The notes under the pieces are model-generated. The model was not told the origin of the DNA. It searched no databases and worked only from the letters and a program-made list of their open reading frames with translations. Of a DNA stretch of 64,000 nt, positions 9,639-17,705 are shown in pieces. Positions within the stretch are counted from its first letter, which is position 1; every line of letters begins with the position of its first letter. The position numbers and the translations under genes were made by a program. The stretch is from an uncultured Candidatus Saccharibacteria bacterium. Lineage in GTDB: Bacteria > Patescibacteriota > Saccharimonadia > Saccharimonadales > 2-12-FULL-41-12. Where the stretch lies: NCBI GenBank assembly GCA_947085855.1, contig CAMTYB010000001.1:21788-85787 (forward strand), read 5' to 3'.

Positions 9639-10196
9639 ATGGCTGATTATCGAAATAACCAGAAACAGCAAACAGCTGAGGAAAAGCAATTTGATGAACG
9701 TGTTGTTCACATTGACCGCGTAGCTCGCGTTGTAAAGGGCGGTCGTCGTTTCCGATTCCGCGCCCTCGTTGTCGTAGGTGACCGCAAAGGTCGTGTAGGC
9801 ATCGGTATTGCAAAAGGTGCCGATGTGACATCTGCCGTTGCAAAAGCAGTTGATAGTGCTAAGAAGAACTTTGTAGAACTTAAGCTCTACAAGGGATCGT
9901 TTCCTCATGAAGCGCAGGCTAAAGTTGGTGGTTCCAATATCCTTCTCAAGCCAGCCAGCGCCGGTACCGGTCTAATCGCTGGTGGTGTCGTGCGAACAGT
10001 GCTTGAAGTAGCCGGTGTCAAAAACGCTTTGTCTAAATCTCTTGGTTCAGCCAATAAGATTAACACTGCCTACGCTACTATCGCTGCCTTGCAAGAAATG
10101 GAAACAGCAGACAATTGGATTACTCGATCTGGCGACAAAGCTCCAAAAAAGGCTGCTAAACCAGCTAAAGCTGCAGCTGTGAAGGAGAAAGCATAA
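9639..10196 (+). CDS. rpsE: 30S ribosomal protein S5 (K/A-rich C-terminal tail)
   Basis: IDRVARVVKGGRRFRFRALVVVGDRKGRVGIGIAKG. Confidence 0.96.
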   Translation: MADYRNNQKQQTAEEKQFDERVVHIDRVARVVKGGRRFRFRALVVVGDRKGRVGIGIAKGADVTSAVAKAVDSAKKNFVELKLYKGSFPHEAQAKVGGSNILLKPASAGTGLIAGGVVRTVLEVAGVKNALSKSLGSANKINTAYATIAALQEMETADNWITRSGDKAPKKAAKPAKAAAVKEKA

Positions 10197-10681
10197 TGAA
10201 GTTCAACGAACTTAATATCTCTCGCAACAAGTCTGCTAAACGCGTTGGTCGCGGTATTTCAGCCGGTCGTGGCAAGACTGCTGGTCGCGGCACCAAAGGT
10301 CAAGGCGCACGTAAAAGTGGTGGTGTTCGTCCTGGTTTTGAAGGTGGTCAGATGCCTCTGTACATGCGTTTACCAAAGCTTCGTGGTTTTACATCTAAGC
10401 GAACACCTGCAAGCACTATCTATGTCAGTCAGCTTGAATCACTCGGTAAACCGACTGTGGACACCAAGGTTTTGGCTGAAGCTGGTTTGATAGAAAGCCC
10501 CTATGTCCGTGTCAAACTGATCGCTGGTGGCGAACTGAAGAAAAAGGTAGCTGTTAAGCTCCAGGCAGCCAGTAAAAGCGCTGTAGCGACTGTTGAAGCT
10601 GCTGGTGGCTCATTTGAAGCCGTCACACAGCTTAAGCGACCACAGACATCAGCTCGCAAAGCTGCTAAGTCCAACAAGTAG
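10196..10681 (+). CDS. rplO: 50S ribosomal protein L15
   Basis: KRVGRGISAGRGKTAGRGTKGQGAR; start overlaps rpsE stop (ATGA), leaving no room for L30. Confidence 0.95.
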   Translation: MKFNELNISRNKSAKRVGRGISAGRGKTAGRGTKGQGARKSGGVRPGFEGGQMPLYMRLPKLRGFTSKRTPASTIYVSQLESLGKPTVDTKVLAEAGLIESPYVRVKLIAGGELKKKVAVKLQAASKSAVATVEAAGGSFEAVTQLKRPQTSARKAAKSNK

Positions 10682-10771
10682 TCAAGCAAGTAACTTTTAC
10701 AGCATAGCTACTTTGAAGCGCGAGGGTGCGCTATACTGATTATTAGCGTTTAAATTGGGAAAATATATACA

Positions 10772-12280
10772 GTGAACTGGAAGATAATTTGGAAGTCTCT
10801 TGCAGATAGCGACATGCGCAATCGTATTTTGATTGTGCTCGGTATTCTCTTTATTTTCCGTGTTTTAGCTCATATTCCAATCCCAATTGGCGACACTCAG
10901 ACCCTGAAGCAAGTCCTCGATAGCCTGTTTACTTCATCCGACACTCCTCAATTCCTGAGCTTCCTAAACGTGCTGTCTGGTGGTGCTCTTGCTAACTTCT
11001 CAATTATGCTGGTTGGACTCGGTCCATATATTAACGCCAGTATCATTATGCAGCTGCTTACTAAAGCGGTGCCGAAGTTAGAAGCTCTCAATAAAGAAGG
11101 TGAGTTTGGCCGCAAGAAAATTAACCAGATCACCCGTATGTTGACGTTACCGTTGGCAATTATTCAATCAATTGGTGCTATTTATCTCGTTAAACAATCA
11201 GCTTCTCAGATCGCCGGTATTGGCGATATCACGGCCAACGCCTCATTGGGGCAATGGATTCTCATGGTATCAGCACTCACCGGTGGAGCCATGATGTTGA
11301 TGTGGTTAGGTGAGTTAATTACTGAGCAGAATATCGGTAACGGTATCTCCTTGCTGATCACCGTCGGTATCGTGGCTACTTTGCCGCAAACTGTTGCTGG
11401 GCTTGGTGAGTCTGTGTTTGGAGGCGAAAACAAGTGGAGTATCTTTGGTCTGAATTTACCAGTTAATCGTGAAGGGTTCTTGTACGCCTTAGCTATTACC
11501 GTAGCGGTGCTTATAGTCACTATGCTGGTAGTCCGGCTCAATGAAGCTAAGCGAGAGTTAACAGTTCATTATGCCAAACGTGTTCAGGGTAACCGCGTTT
11601 ACGGTGGAGTCACGACTGTTTTGCCGGTCAAACTCATTACTGCCGGCGTGGTGCCGATTATCTTTGCGCTGGCATTCTTGAGCGTACCAAGCTTTGTAGG
11701 TGAATTCTTAAAGAACAATTCAAACGAACGAGTGCAAGAACTCGGCAACAACTTGCTTGCCTGGTTTGCGACGCCTACTTCACAAAGTCTCACAACCGGT
11801 GGCTGGGAAGCCTACATCTACCCAATTACGTACTTCATGCTGGTCTTCCTGTTTACGTTCTTCTACACCAGTATCGCTTTCAACGCCAAAGATATCGCCG
11901 AAAATCTTCAAAAACAAGGTGGTTTTTTGGAAAATGTACGATCAGGTGCTTCAACCGAAAAGTACTTATCTAAAGTCGTAATGCGCTTAACATTGTTTGG
12001 CGCGCTTGCCCTGGGCTTGTTGTCTATCATGCCGATCCTAGCAGAGGCCTTTATCAGTAACGCCAGCAACTTGGCTATTGGTGGTACTACCACCCTAATC
12101 TTGGTGTCAGTATCGCTTGAGACACTGCGTCAAGTTGAATCTCGAGCTCTCATGATTACCTATAATCAATATGATGGATCTGACTTCTTTCAAGAGGTAG
12201 AAGCCGAGAAATATCACCGATTACATCCTAAGCGACTTATCCAATCTGTAAAGTCAGTTCGGAAAAAGCCTAAAAAATAA
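10772..12280 (+). CDS. secY: preprotein translocase subunit SecY
   Basis: ~10 TM profile, ...RILIVLGILFIFRVLAHIPIPIG..., GNGISLLI; GTG start (alternative Met 14 codons downstream). Confidence 0.93.
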   Translation: MNWKIIWKSLADSDMRNRILIVLGILFIFRVLAHIPIPIGDTQTLKQVLDSLFTSSDTPQFLSFLNVLSGGALANFSIMLVGLGPYINASIIMQLLTKAVPKLEALNKEGEFGRKKINQITRMLTLPLAIIQSIGAIYLVKQSASQIAGIGDITANASLGQWILMVSALTGGAMMLMWLGELITEQNIGNGISLLITVGIVATLPQTVAGLGESVFGGENKWSIFGLNLPVNREGFLYALAITVAVLIVTMLVVRLNEAKRELTVHYAKRVQGNRVYGGVTTVLPVKLITAGVVPIIFALAFLSVPSFVGEFLKNNSNERVQELGNNLLAWFATPTSQSLTTGGWEAYIYPITYFMLVFLFTFFYTSIAFNAKDIAENLQKQGGFLENVRSGASTEKYLSKVVMRLTLFGALALGLLSIMPILAEAFISNASNLAIGGTTTLILVSVSLETLRQVESRALMITYNQYDGSDFFQEVEAEKYHRLHPKRLIQSVKSVRKKPKK

Positions 12281-12302
12281 GACAGTTTATTCTAATTACC
12301 TC

Positions 12303-12332
12303 TTTACAAACGTTGTAATTATCTGATATACT
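12303..12332 (+). promoter_or_regulatory. putative promoter upstream of infA
   Basis: TTTACA (12303-12308), 18 nt, TATACT (12327-12332). Confidence 0.45.
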
Positions 12333-12350
12333 GCCTCTCTAGTTATATTT

Positions 12351-12572
12351 ATGGCCAAGAATAAGGAAGTAATCGAACTGACGGGTGTGATAACCGAGAC
12401 ATTACCGGGGACACAATTCCGCGTTGAACTTCAAAATGGACATCAAATCATAGCTCATGTTGCCGGCAAGATGAGGAAACACTTCATTCGTCTTGTTCCT
12501 GGGGACAGCGTTACGGTCGAGTTGACACCTTACGATCTTACTAAGGGCAGAATCACCTATCGCAAATCATAA
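12351..12572 (+). CDS. infA: translation initiation factor IF-1
   Basis: [31 protein letters not shown]...ITYR. Confidence 0.96.
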   Translation: MAKNKEVIELTGVITETLPGTQFRVELQNGHQIIAHVAGKMRKHFIRLVPGDSVTVELTPYDLTKGRITYRKS

Positions 12573-12613
12573 TAACTAAGCAGTGTGTTGTGTCTTAAGG
12601 AGGCATAATCCGT

Positions 12614-12730
12614 ATGAAAGTACGTGCAAGCGTGAAAAAAATTACCGCAGATGACAAGATTGTCCGCCGCAAAGGCCGCATCTATGTTATCAACAAAAAT
12701 AAGCCTAAGCATAAGCAAAGGCAAGGTTAA
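12614..12730 (+). CDS. rpmJ: 50S ribosomal protein L36 (Cys-less form)
   Basis: Not in ORF track (38 aa). ATG 12614 to TAA 12728-12730: [38 protein letters not shown]; RBS AAGGAGG upstream. Confidence 0.93.
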   Translation: MKVRASVKKITADDKIVRRKGRIYVINKNKPKHKQRQG

Positions 12731-12733
12731 TCT

Positions 12734-13120
12734 ATGGCTCGAATCGCAGGTGTAACTATTCCCAACGAAAAGCAGATCCATGTTGCTCTTACCTATGTAT
12801 ATGGTATCGGCCCTAAATTTGCTCAAGAGATCATCACAAAAGCTAAAGTTGAACCTACTGTCCGCGTCAAAGATTTGACTGACGATGAAGTAAGTCGAAT
12901 TTCAGAAGTAATTTCAGCCGACTACACCGTTGAAGGTGAATTACAGCGAATTGTAACCGGTAACATAAAGCGTTTGAAAGACATCAACGCGTATCGAGGA
13001 TTGCGACATAAGTCTAACCTGCCATCACGTGGTCAGCGTACTAAGACTAATGCACGCACTCGACGTGGTCGTAAACTAACGGTTGGTGGAACCGCTAAGA
13101 AAGCACCGTCTAAGACGTAG
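12734..13120 (+). CDS. rpsM: 30S ribosomal protein S13
   Basis: MARIAGVTIPNEKQIHVALTYVYGIG... Confidence 0.96.
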   Translation: MARIAGVTIPNEKQIHVALTYVYGIGPKFAQEIITKAKVEPTVRVKDLTDDEVSRISEVISADYTVEGELQRIVTGNIKRLKDINAYRGLRHKSNLPSRGQRTKTNARTRRGRKLTVGGTAKKAPSKT

Positions 13121-13135
13121 AAAGGATACAAGAGT

Positions 13136-13612
13136 ATGGAAAAACCAACTGAAGAAACTACTACAACTCCAGCCGAAGCTACTCCTGAGACCACTGCGTC
13201 ACCAGCGAGTACTACTGCTACAACCACTGCTCCGGCTCCTAAGCGCAAGAAAGTCAAACGAACGGTTGCGCAAGGCCAGGTTCATGTCCAAGCAACCTTC
13301 AACAACACTATTATCACCGTCACCGACACCACAGGTAACGTTTTGACGAGTGCCAGTGCCGGTGCCTGCGGCTTTCGTGGTAGCAAAAAAGGCACAGCCT
13401 ATGCTGCACAAGTTGCCGCCGAAAAGGCCATCAATGCTGCCAAGCAGCAATATAACGTTTCAAAGGTAGATGTCTATATTAAGGGCATCGGCTTGGGGCG
13501 TGAAGCGGCCGTCCGCGTTTTAGCGAGCGCTAGCGTTGCTGTTGAGTCGATCAAAGACGTCACAGGTGTACCACATGGTGGTTGTCGACCACGAAAGGCT
13601 CGAAGGGTTTAA
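13136..13612 (+). CDS. rpsK: 30S ribosomal protein S11 (T/P/A-rich N-terminal extension)
   Basis: Core GQVHVQATFNNTIITVTDTTGNVL...GFRGSKKGT; ~30 extra N-terminal residues EKPTEETTTTPAEATPETTASPASTTATTTAPAP. Confidence 0.93.
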   Translation: MEKPTEETTTTPAEATPETTASPASTTATTTAPAPKRKKVKRTVAQGQVHVQATFNNTIITVTDTTGNVLTSASAGACGFRGSKKGTAYAAQVAAEKAINAAKQQYNVSKVDVYIKGIGLGREAAVRVLASASVAVESIKDVTGVPHGGCRPRKARRV

Positions 13613-13614
13613 TC

Positions 13615-14232
13615 ATGGCACGAGATACACAATCTATTGTAAAGATGAGCCGTCGTGAGGGCTATGCTCTCCATCCAAAGGCTCATAAGGCGCTCGTAAA
13701 GCGTCCGACTCCTCCAGGCCAAGCTGGTAACGCACGCTTCCGCAGTAAACCAAGCCAGTATTCACTACAACTTCGCGAGAAGCAGAAGGTGAAGCGTTTG
13801 TACGGTTTGCTCGAAAAGCAGTTTAGCAACTTGATGAAAGAAGCCAGTAAGGCTAAGGGTCAATCAGGCGAAAACCTACTTTGTTATCTTGAACAACGTG
13901 CTGACAATGCTGTTTACCGAGCTGGTTATGCAGTGAGCCGCCGTGCTGCCCGTCAATTAGTGACACATGGTCACTTTGAGTTAAACGGCCGCCGTGTGGA
14001 CATTCCATCAATCCGATTAAAAGCTGGTGACAAACTTGTTGTCCGTGCCGGCAGTCAAAAATCTGAATACTTTAAGCAACTTGACGATGTGAGCCCGGCA
14101 GTTAATGACTTGCCAGGCTGGATCAAAGTTAATCGCAAGAAGTTTGAATTAGAGATTACCGGTAAACCAACTCGAGAAGAAGCGGAACCAGACATTAAAG
14201 AACAATTAATTGTAGAGTATTACTCACGCTAA
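13615..14232 (+). CDS. rpsD: 30S ribosomal protein S4
   Basis: MARDT...SRREG..., S4 RNA-binding domain RLDNAVYRAGYAVSRRAARQLV.HGH; track ORF (13582) trimmed to ATG 13615. Confidence 0.94.
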   Translation: MARDTQSIVKMSRREGYALHPKAHKALVKRPTPPGQAGNARFRSKPSQYSLQLREKQKVKRLYGLLEKQFSNLMKEASKAKGQSGENLLCYLEQRADNAVYRAGYAVSRRAARQLVTHGHFELNGRRVDIPSIRLKAGDKLVVRAGSQKSEYFKQLDDVSPAVNDLPGWIKVNRKKFELEITGKPTREEAEPDIKEQLIVEYYSR

Positions 14233-14247
14233 GGAGGCGCAAGCAAC

Positions 14248-15192
14248 ATGTCTAAAATGATTCACACCCCGGGAGTTGTACAGGTTGAGGACCACAGTCC
14301 AAACAGTGCTACTTTCAGTATCGAACCACTACACAGTGGGTACGGTATGACGCTTGGTAATAGCCTGCGTCGCGTAGCCTTGTCTTCAATTTCTGGTGCA
14401 GCTATCACCGGCGTTAAATTTGAAGGTGCTAGTCACGAATTCACTACTTTGCCAAATGTTAAGGAAGATATTGTAGAAATTATCCTTAATCTAAAGTCTG
14501 TCCGTTTTCGAGTTTTTAGCGAAAATACTCAGACGGTTCGTCTCGAGAAAAAGGGAAAGGGTGTTGTAACTGCTAAGGACATCGCCAAAAGCGCCGATGT
14601 TGAAGTTGTTAACCCAAGTCAGGTTATTGCCACCATCGACAACGACAAAGGTTCAATCGCTATCGACATCACTGTTGAAGTCGGCCGCGGTTACCGTACT
14701 GTCGAAGAAGTTGCCAAGCAAAAAACCGTCAGTGACGTTGTAGCTGTTGATGCTATCTTTAGCCCGGTCCAACGAGTCCGCTATAAGGTAGAGAATACTC
14801 GTGTCGGTCAAGTAACTGACCTTGATAAACTAGTTATTACTATCGATACCGATGGCTCTATCACACCTCAAGACGCTTTTGAGGAAGCTGCTGCTATCTT
14901 GGTTAACCAGTACACAGCTTTGGCTGGCCAAACTCGTGTTGAAAGCACTGCTATCGGTGCCGACGATGCTGCAGTTGATGGTCAAGAACTCGGCGAAGAC
15001 TCACCAGCCTTGTTAACTTCAATCGAAGATCTCAACTTGAGTGCTCGTACTACCAATGCTTTGGTAAATAACGACATCCACACATTAAAGGACTTGTTCG
15101 CATTGAGCGACGCCGAGCTACGTGATCTTAAGGGTTTTGGTAGCAAAGCTCTCGACGAAGTTAAAGAAAAAATGGCGGAGATGGAGTTTTAA
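14248..15192 (+). CDS. rpoA: DNA-directed RNA polymerase subunit alpha
   Basis: EPLHSGYGMTLGNSLRRVALSSI.GAA; C-terminal LNLSARTTNAL...I.TL.DL. Confidence 0.96.
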   Translation: MSKMIHTPGVVQVEDHSPNSATFSIEPLHSGYGMTLGNSLRRVALSSISGAAITGVKFEGASHEFTTLPNVKEDIVEIILNLKSVRFRVFSENTQTVRLEKKGKGVVTAKDIAKSADVEVVNPSQVIATIDNDKGSIAIDITVEVGRGYRTVEEVAKQKTVSDVVAVDAIFSPVQRVRYKVENTRVGQVTDLDKLVITIDTDGSITPQDAFEEAAAILVNQYTALAGQTRVESTAIGADDAAVDGQELGEDSPALLTSIEDLNLSARTTNALVNNDIHTLKDLFALSDAELRDLKGFGSKALDEVKEKMAEMEF

Positions 15193-15194
15193 GC

Positions 15195-15662
15195 ATGCAT
15201 CGCCACGGATATAAAGGCCGCAAATTCGGCCGTGAACGTGACCAGCGACGTGCCTTGCTCAAGTCTTTGGCTGAATCACTGATCAAGTACGAATCAATCG
15301 AGACTACTTTGCCAAAAGCTAAGGAAATCGTGCCGTACACCGAAAAACTGATTACCAAAGCCAAAAAAGGTGATCTGCATAATCGCCGACAAATAATCGC
15401 TCGCTTGCAAACACTTGAAAGCGCTCACAAGTTAGTTGACGAAATCGCACCTAAATTAGGCGCCCGTAACAGTGGTCATCTGCGAATTGTACGTACAAGT
15501 GTGCGACGAGGCGATAACGCTCAACTCGCACGCGTCTCATTTGTTGACGATCTAACTGCTGCAGCTCCAAAGGCTGCTAAGCCAAAGGTAGCAACGACCG
15601 CGACCAAGAAACCAGTCGTTAAGGCAAAAGCTGCCCCTAAAGCCAAGAAGGAGTCTAAATAA
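15195..15662 (+). CDS. rplQ: 50S ribosomal protein L17 (K/A/P-rich C-terminal tail)
   Basis: MHRHGYKGRKFGRERDQRRALLKSLA.SLI..E.I.TT. Confidence 0.95.
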   Translation: MHRHGYKGRKFGRERDQRRALLKSLAESLIKYESIETTLPKAKEIVPYTEKLITKAKKGDLHNRRQIIARLQTLESAHKLVDEIAPKLGARNSGHLRIVRTSVRRGDNAQLARVSFVDDLTAAAPKAAKPKVATTATKKPVVKAKAAPKAKKESK

Positions 15663-16105
15663 TGAAGACCTTTTCTGCTAAACCATCAGATGTAACTCGT
15701 GTTTGGTATGTAGTTGATGCCAGTGAATTGCCGCTCGGCCGTTTGTCTACTCAGGTAGCGTCGCTACTTATGGGTAAAGGCAAGCCAAGCTTTACGCAGC
15801 ATATTGACACTGGTGACTACGTCATTGTTATCAACGCCGAAAACCTGGTTGTAACTGGTAAGAAGCTTGAAGACAAGAAATACTATCGTCACAGTAACTA
15901 TCCGGGTGGTCTAAAAGAATCAAGCCTTAAGTTTGAACTTGAAAAAGATCCTACCAATGTAGTCCGACACTCAGTTCGTGGCATGTTGCCAGTCAACAAG
16001 CTCCGAGATGGCCGTTTGGCTCGCCTTAAGGTGTACGCTGGTAGCGAACATGAACACGCTGCTCAAAAGCCTGTAGTTTTGAAACTTGCAAAGGAGAAGA
16101 AGTAA
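15662..16105 (+). CDS. rplM: 50S ribosomal protein L13
   Basis: VTRVWYVVDASELPLGRLSTQVASLLMGK.KP.FT.H.D.GD.V.V.NA; start overlaps rplQ stop. Confidence 0.96.
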   Translation: MKTFSAKPSDVTRVWYVVDASELPLGRLSTQVASLLMGKGKPSFTQHIDTGDYVIVINAENLVVTGKKLEDKKYYRHSNYPGGLKESSLKFELEKDPTNVVRHSVRGMLPVNKLRDGRLARLKVYAGSEHEHAAQKPVVLKLAKEKK

Positions 16106-16495
16106 ATGGGATATTTTTATGCCCTCGGTCGTCGTAAAAGTGCTACTGCCCGAGTTCGTCTCAGCAATGGTAAAGGCAACGTGACCATCAATGACAAGCC
16201 TGCTGCTGAATACTTTGCAGATAGTACCGCTATTTTGAGTGAAATCAGTAAGCCATTTGTTGCCCTCGATATCGAAAATAAGTTTGATATCAGCATCAAA
16301 GTATCTGGCGGTGGTCACATAGGCCAAGTCGACGCCATTCGCCTAGGCATTGCCAAAGCACTCGTAGAGATGAACGAAGACTACAAAAACACACTTCGTC
16401 GTGCAGACCTACTTGGACGCGATCCACGAGAGAAAGAACGTAAGAAGTTCGGCCTCAAGGGCGCCCGTAAGCAACGCCAGTTTACCAAGCGTTAA
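16106..16495 (+). CDS. rpsI: 30S ribosomal protein S9
   Basis: GRRKSATARVRL..G.G...IN...; ends ...RKQRQFTKR. Confidence 0.96.
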   Translation: MGYFYALGRRKSATARVRLSNGKGNVTINDKPAAEYFADSTAILSEISKPFVALDIENKFDISIKVSGGGHIGQVDAIRLGIAKALVEMNEDYKNTLRRADLLGRDPREKERKKFGLKGARKQRQFTKR

Positions 16496-16513
16496 CACAT
16501 CTGTATCGCCTAA

Positions 16514-16545
16514 AAAAGAGCGCGTATTCTATGCGCTCTTTTTAT
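16514..16545 (+). terminator. rho-independent terminator ending the ribosomal super-operon
   Basis: aaaagagcgc / gcgctctttt 10-bp stem, 9-nt loop, T-rich tail. Confidence 0.8.
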
Positions 16546-16588
16546 TTAACTCACTAATTAAAGATTGTAGTGCAATATTTAGAAGTAT

Positions 16589-16617
16589 TTGACAAACAAA
16601 TCTATACACTGTAATAT
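16589..16617 (+). promoter_or_regulatory. sigma70-type promoter of a short transcription unit
   Basis: TTGACA (16589-16594), 17 nt, TAATAT (16612-16617). Confidence 0.5.
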
Positions 16618-16624
16618 ACTCCTC

Positions 16625-16708
16625 ATGCATAAATTCATGCCAAACACATTTAGCTGGTATTTCCTTCGCGCCTATACGCGTGGCGGTTTTTTCAGTGTGT
16701 TTACATGA
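16625..16708 (+). other. short transcript / possibly leaderless 27-codon ORF (MHKFMPNTFSWYFLRAYTRGGFFSVFT)
   Basis: ATG begins 8 nt after the -10 hexamer with no SD; contains cgcc..ggcg + T6 terminator-like motif at 16669-16692. Confidence 0.25.
16669..16692 (+). terminator. weak terminator-like motif, copy 1
   Basis: cgcc-N9-ggcg then gtttttt; shares the 14-mer cgtggcggtttttt with copy 2. Confidence 0.35.
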
Positions 16709-16743
16709 ATTAAATAAAAATTAATAGAATGTACCGATGAGAT

Positions 16744-16764
16744 CGCCACGTGGCGGTTTTTTTT
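16744..16764 (+). terminator. weak terminator-like motif, copy 2
   Basis: cgccacgtggcg palindrome followed by T8; 70 nt downstream of copy 1. Confidence 0.35.
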
Positions 16765-16793
16765 ATTTTAAATAATTTCAAAGGTATATAGAA

Positions 16794-17702
16794 ATGAGTA
16801 TAGAAATAATTCACCCAGGTGAATCATCATTAGAAACGGTTATGTCGGCCGTCGAGGAAGGTACGTCTATCAAACGATCTCCTCATGTTGGAAATGTAAA
16901 CGTAAATGAATTACAACTTGTATTTGGCATCGCTGAAATGGGTGGAACAATGCAACTAGACATGGTTGATAGTATTCAGGGTGATGATAATTACTCTAGT
17001 CCACGACACTTAGTTGTTGATGGTCTTAGCATACCAATTGTCAGCAAAAAGGCAGCCAAAGGTAAAGTTGTTGGCGCGTGTAACATTAGTGAAGAAGGAG
17101 AAATGAATTGCAAAAAATCAGACATAGCTAATGTCAATGAAGGCGACAACGTGCTAGAGTTGCACCAAAACGCACTAGCATCCATATTGCCATCGACTAT
17201 AAGCATGTCTACGTCCACAAAGTTCTTTTCGTCGATTGGAGAACAGGCTTTGACGGCAGTTGCTTCTACTGCGCAAAGTTATGTAGAGAGACCAATCCGG
17301 TGCGTAACTAATGATGGGTCTATAAAGCAAATGTCGCAGGAAACACAGAGTATATTTGGAGTAGGCGAGGACCCAGGGCAAGGCGCTTTGCTGCCCTTAG
17401 AAGCCATGATGGCCGTGGAGCTTATTGGGGCTGCCATGAGTAATAGCGACAAAATTGTTCATGTAGCAGGTCCGGACATGATACGATACACAAAATGCGA
17501 AGCCATTATGCAACCTGTTAAGTCCATCGTGCAAGCTGTACTTGCTGAAGGTGGAATATCTACTACATCTGACATTGCATATGTTTTGCCATGTATGAAG
17601 GAACTGTTGCAAGAATCGGCCTTCCCTAAAATTCTGCCTGAAGCCGGCATCGCATCGCAGCATGACGTGATTACGCAAGGCCTAACAGGATCATCGGTAT
17701 AA
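16794..17702 (+). CDS. hypothetical protein, 302 aa
   Basis: Long ORF with RBS-like AAAGGT upstream, 3 nt from next gene; no motif recognised. Confidence 0.6.
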   Translation: MSIEIIHPGESSLETVMSAVEEGTSIKRSPHVGNVNVNELQLVFGIAEMGGTMQLDMVDSIQGDDNYSSPRHLVVDGLSIPIVSKKAAKGKVVGACNISEEGEMNCKKSDIANVNEGDNVLELHQNALASILPSTISMSTSTKFFSSIGEQALTAVASTAQSYVERPIRCVTNDGSIKQMSQETQSIFGVGEDPGQGALLPLEAMMAVELIGAAMSNSDKIVHVAGPDMIRYTKCEAIMQPVKSIVQAVLAEGGISTTSDIAYVLPCMKELLQESAFPKILPEAGIASQHDVITQGLTGSSV

Positions 17703-17705
17703 GCC

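Noticed and set aside
16625-16775. The two mini-ORFs sharing RGGFF as RiPP or bacteriocin precursor peptides.
   Set aside because: The shared residues come from an identical 14-nt cgtggcggtttttt motif (hairpin arm plus T-run) with no synonymous variation. No modifying enzyme or transporter is adjacent. A repeated terminator or regulatory motif is the more economical explanation.
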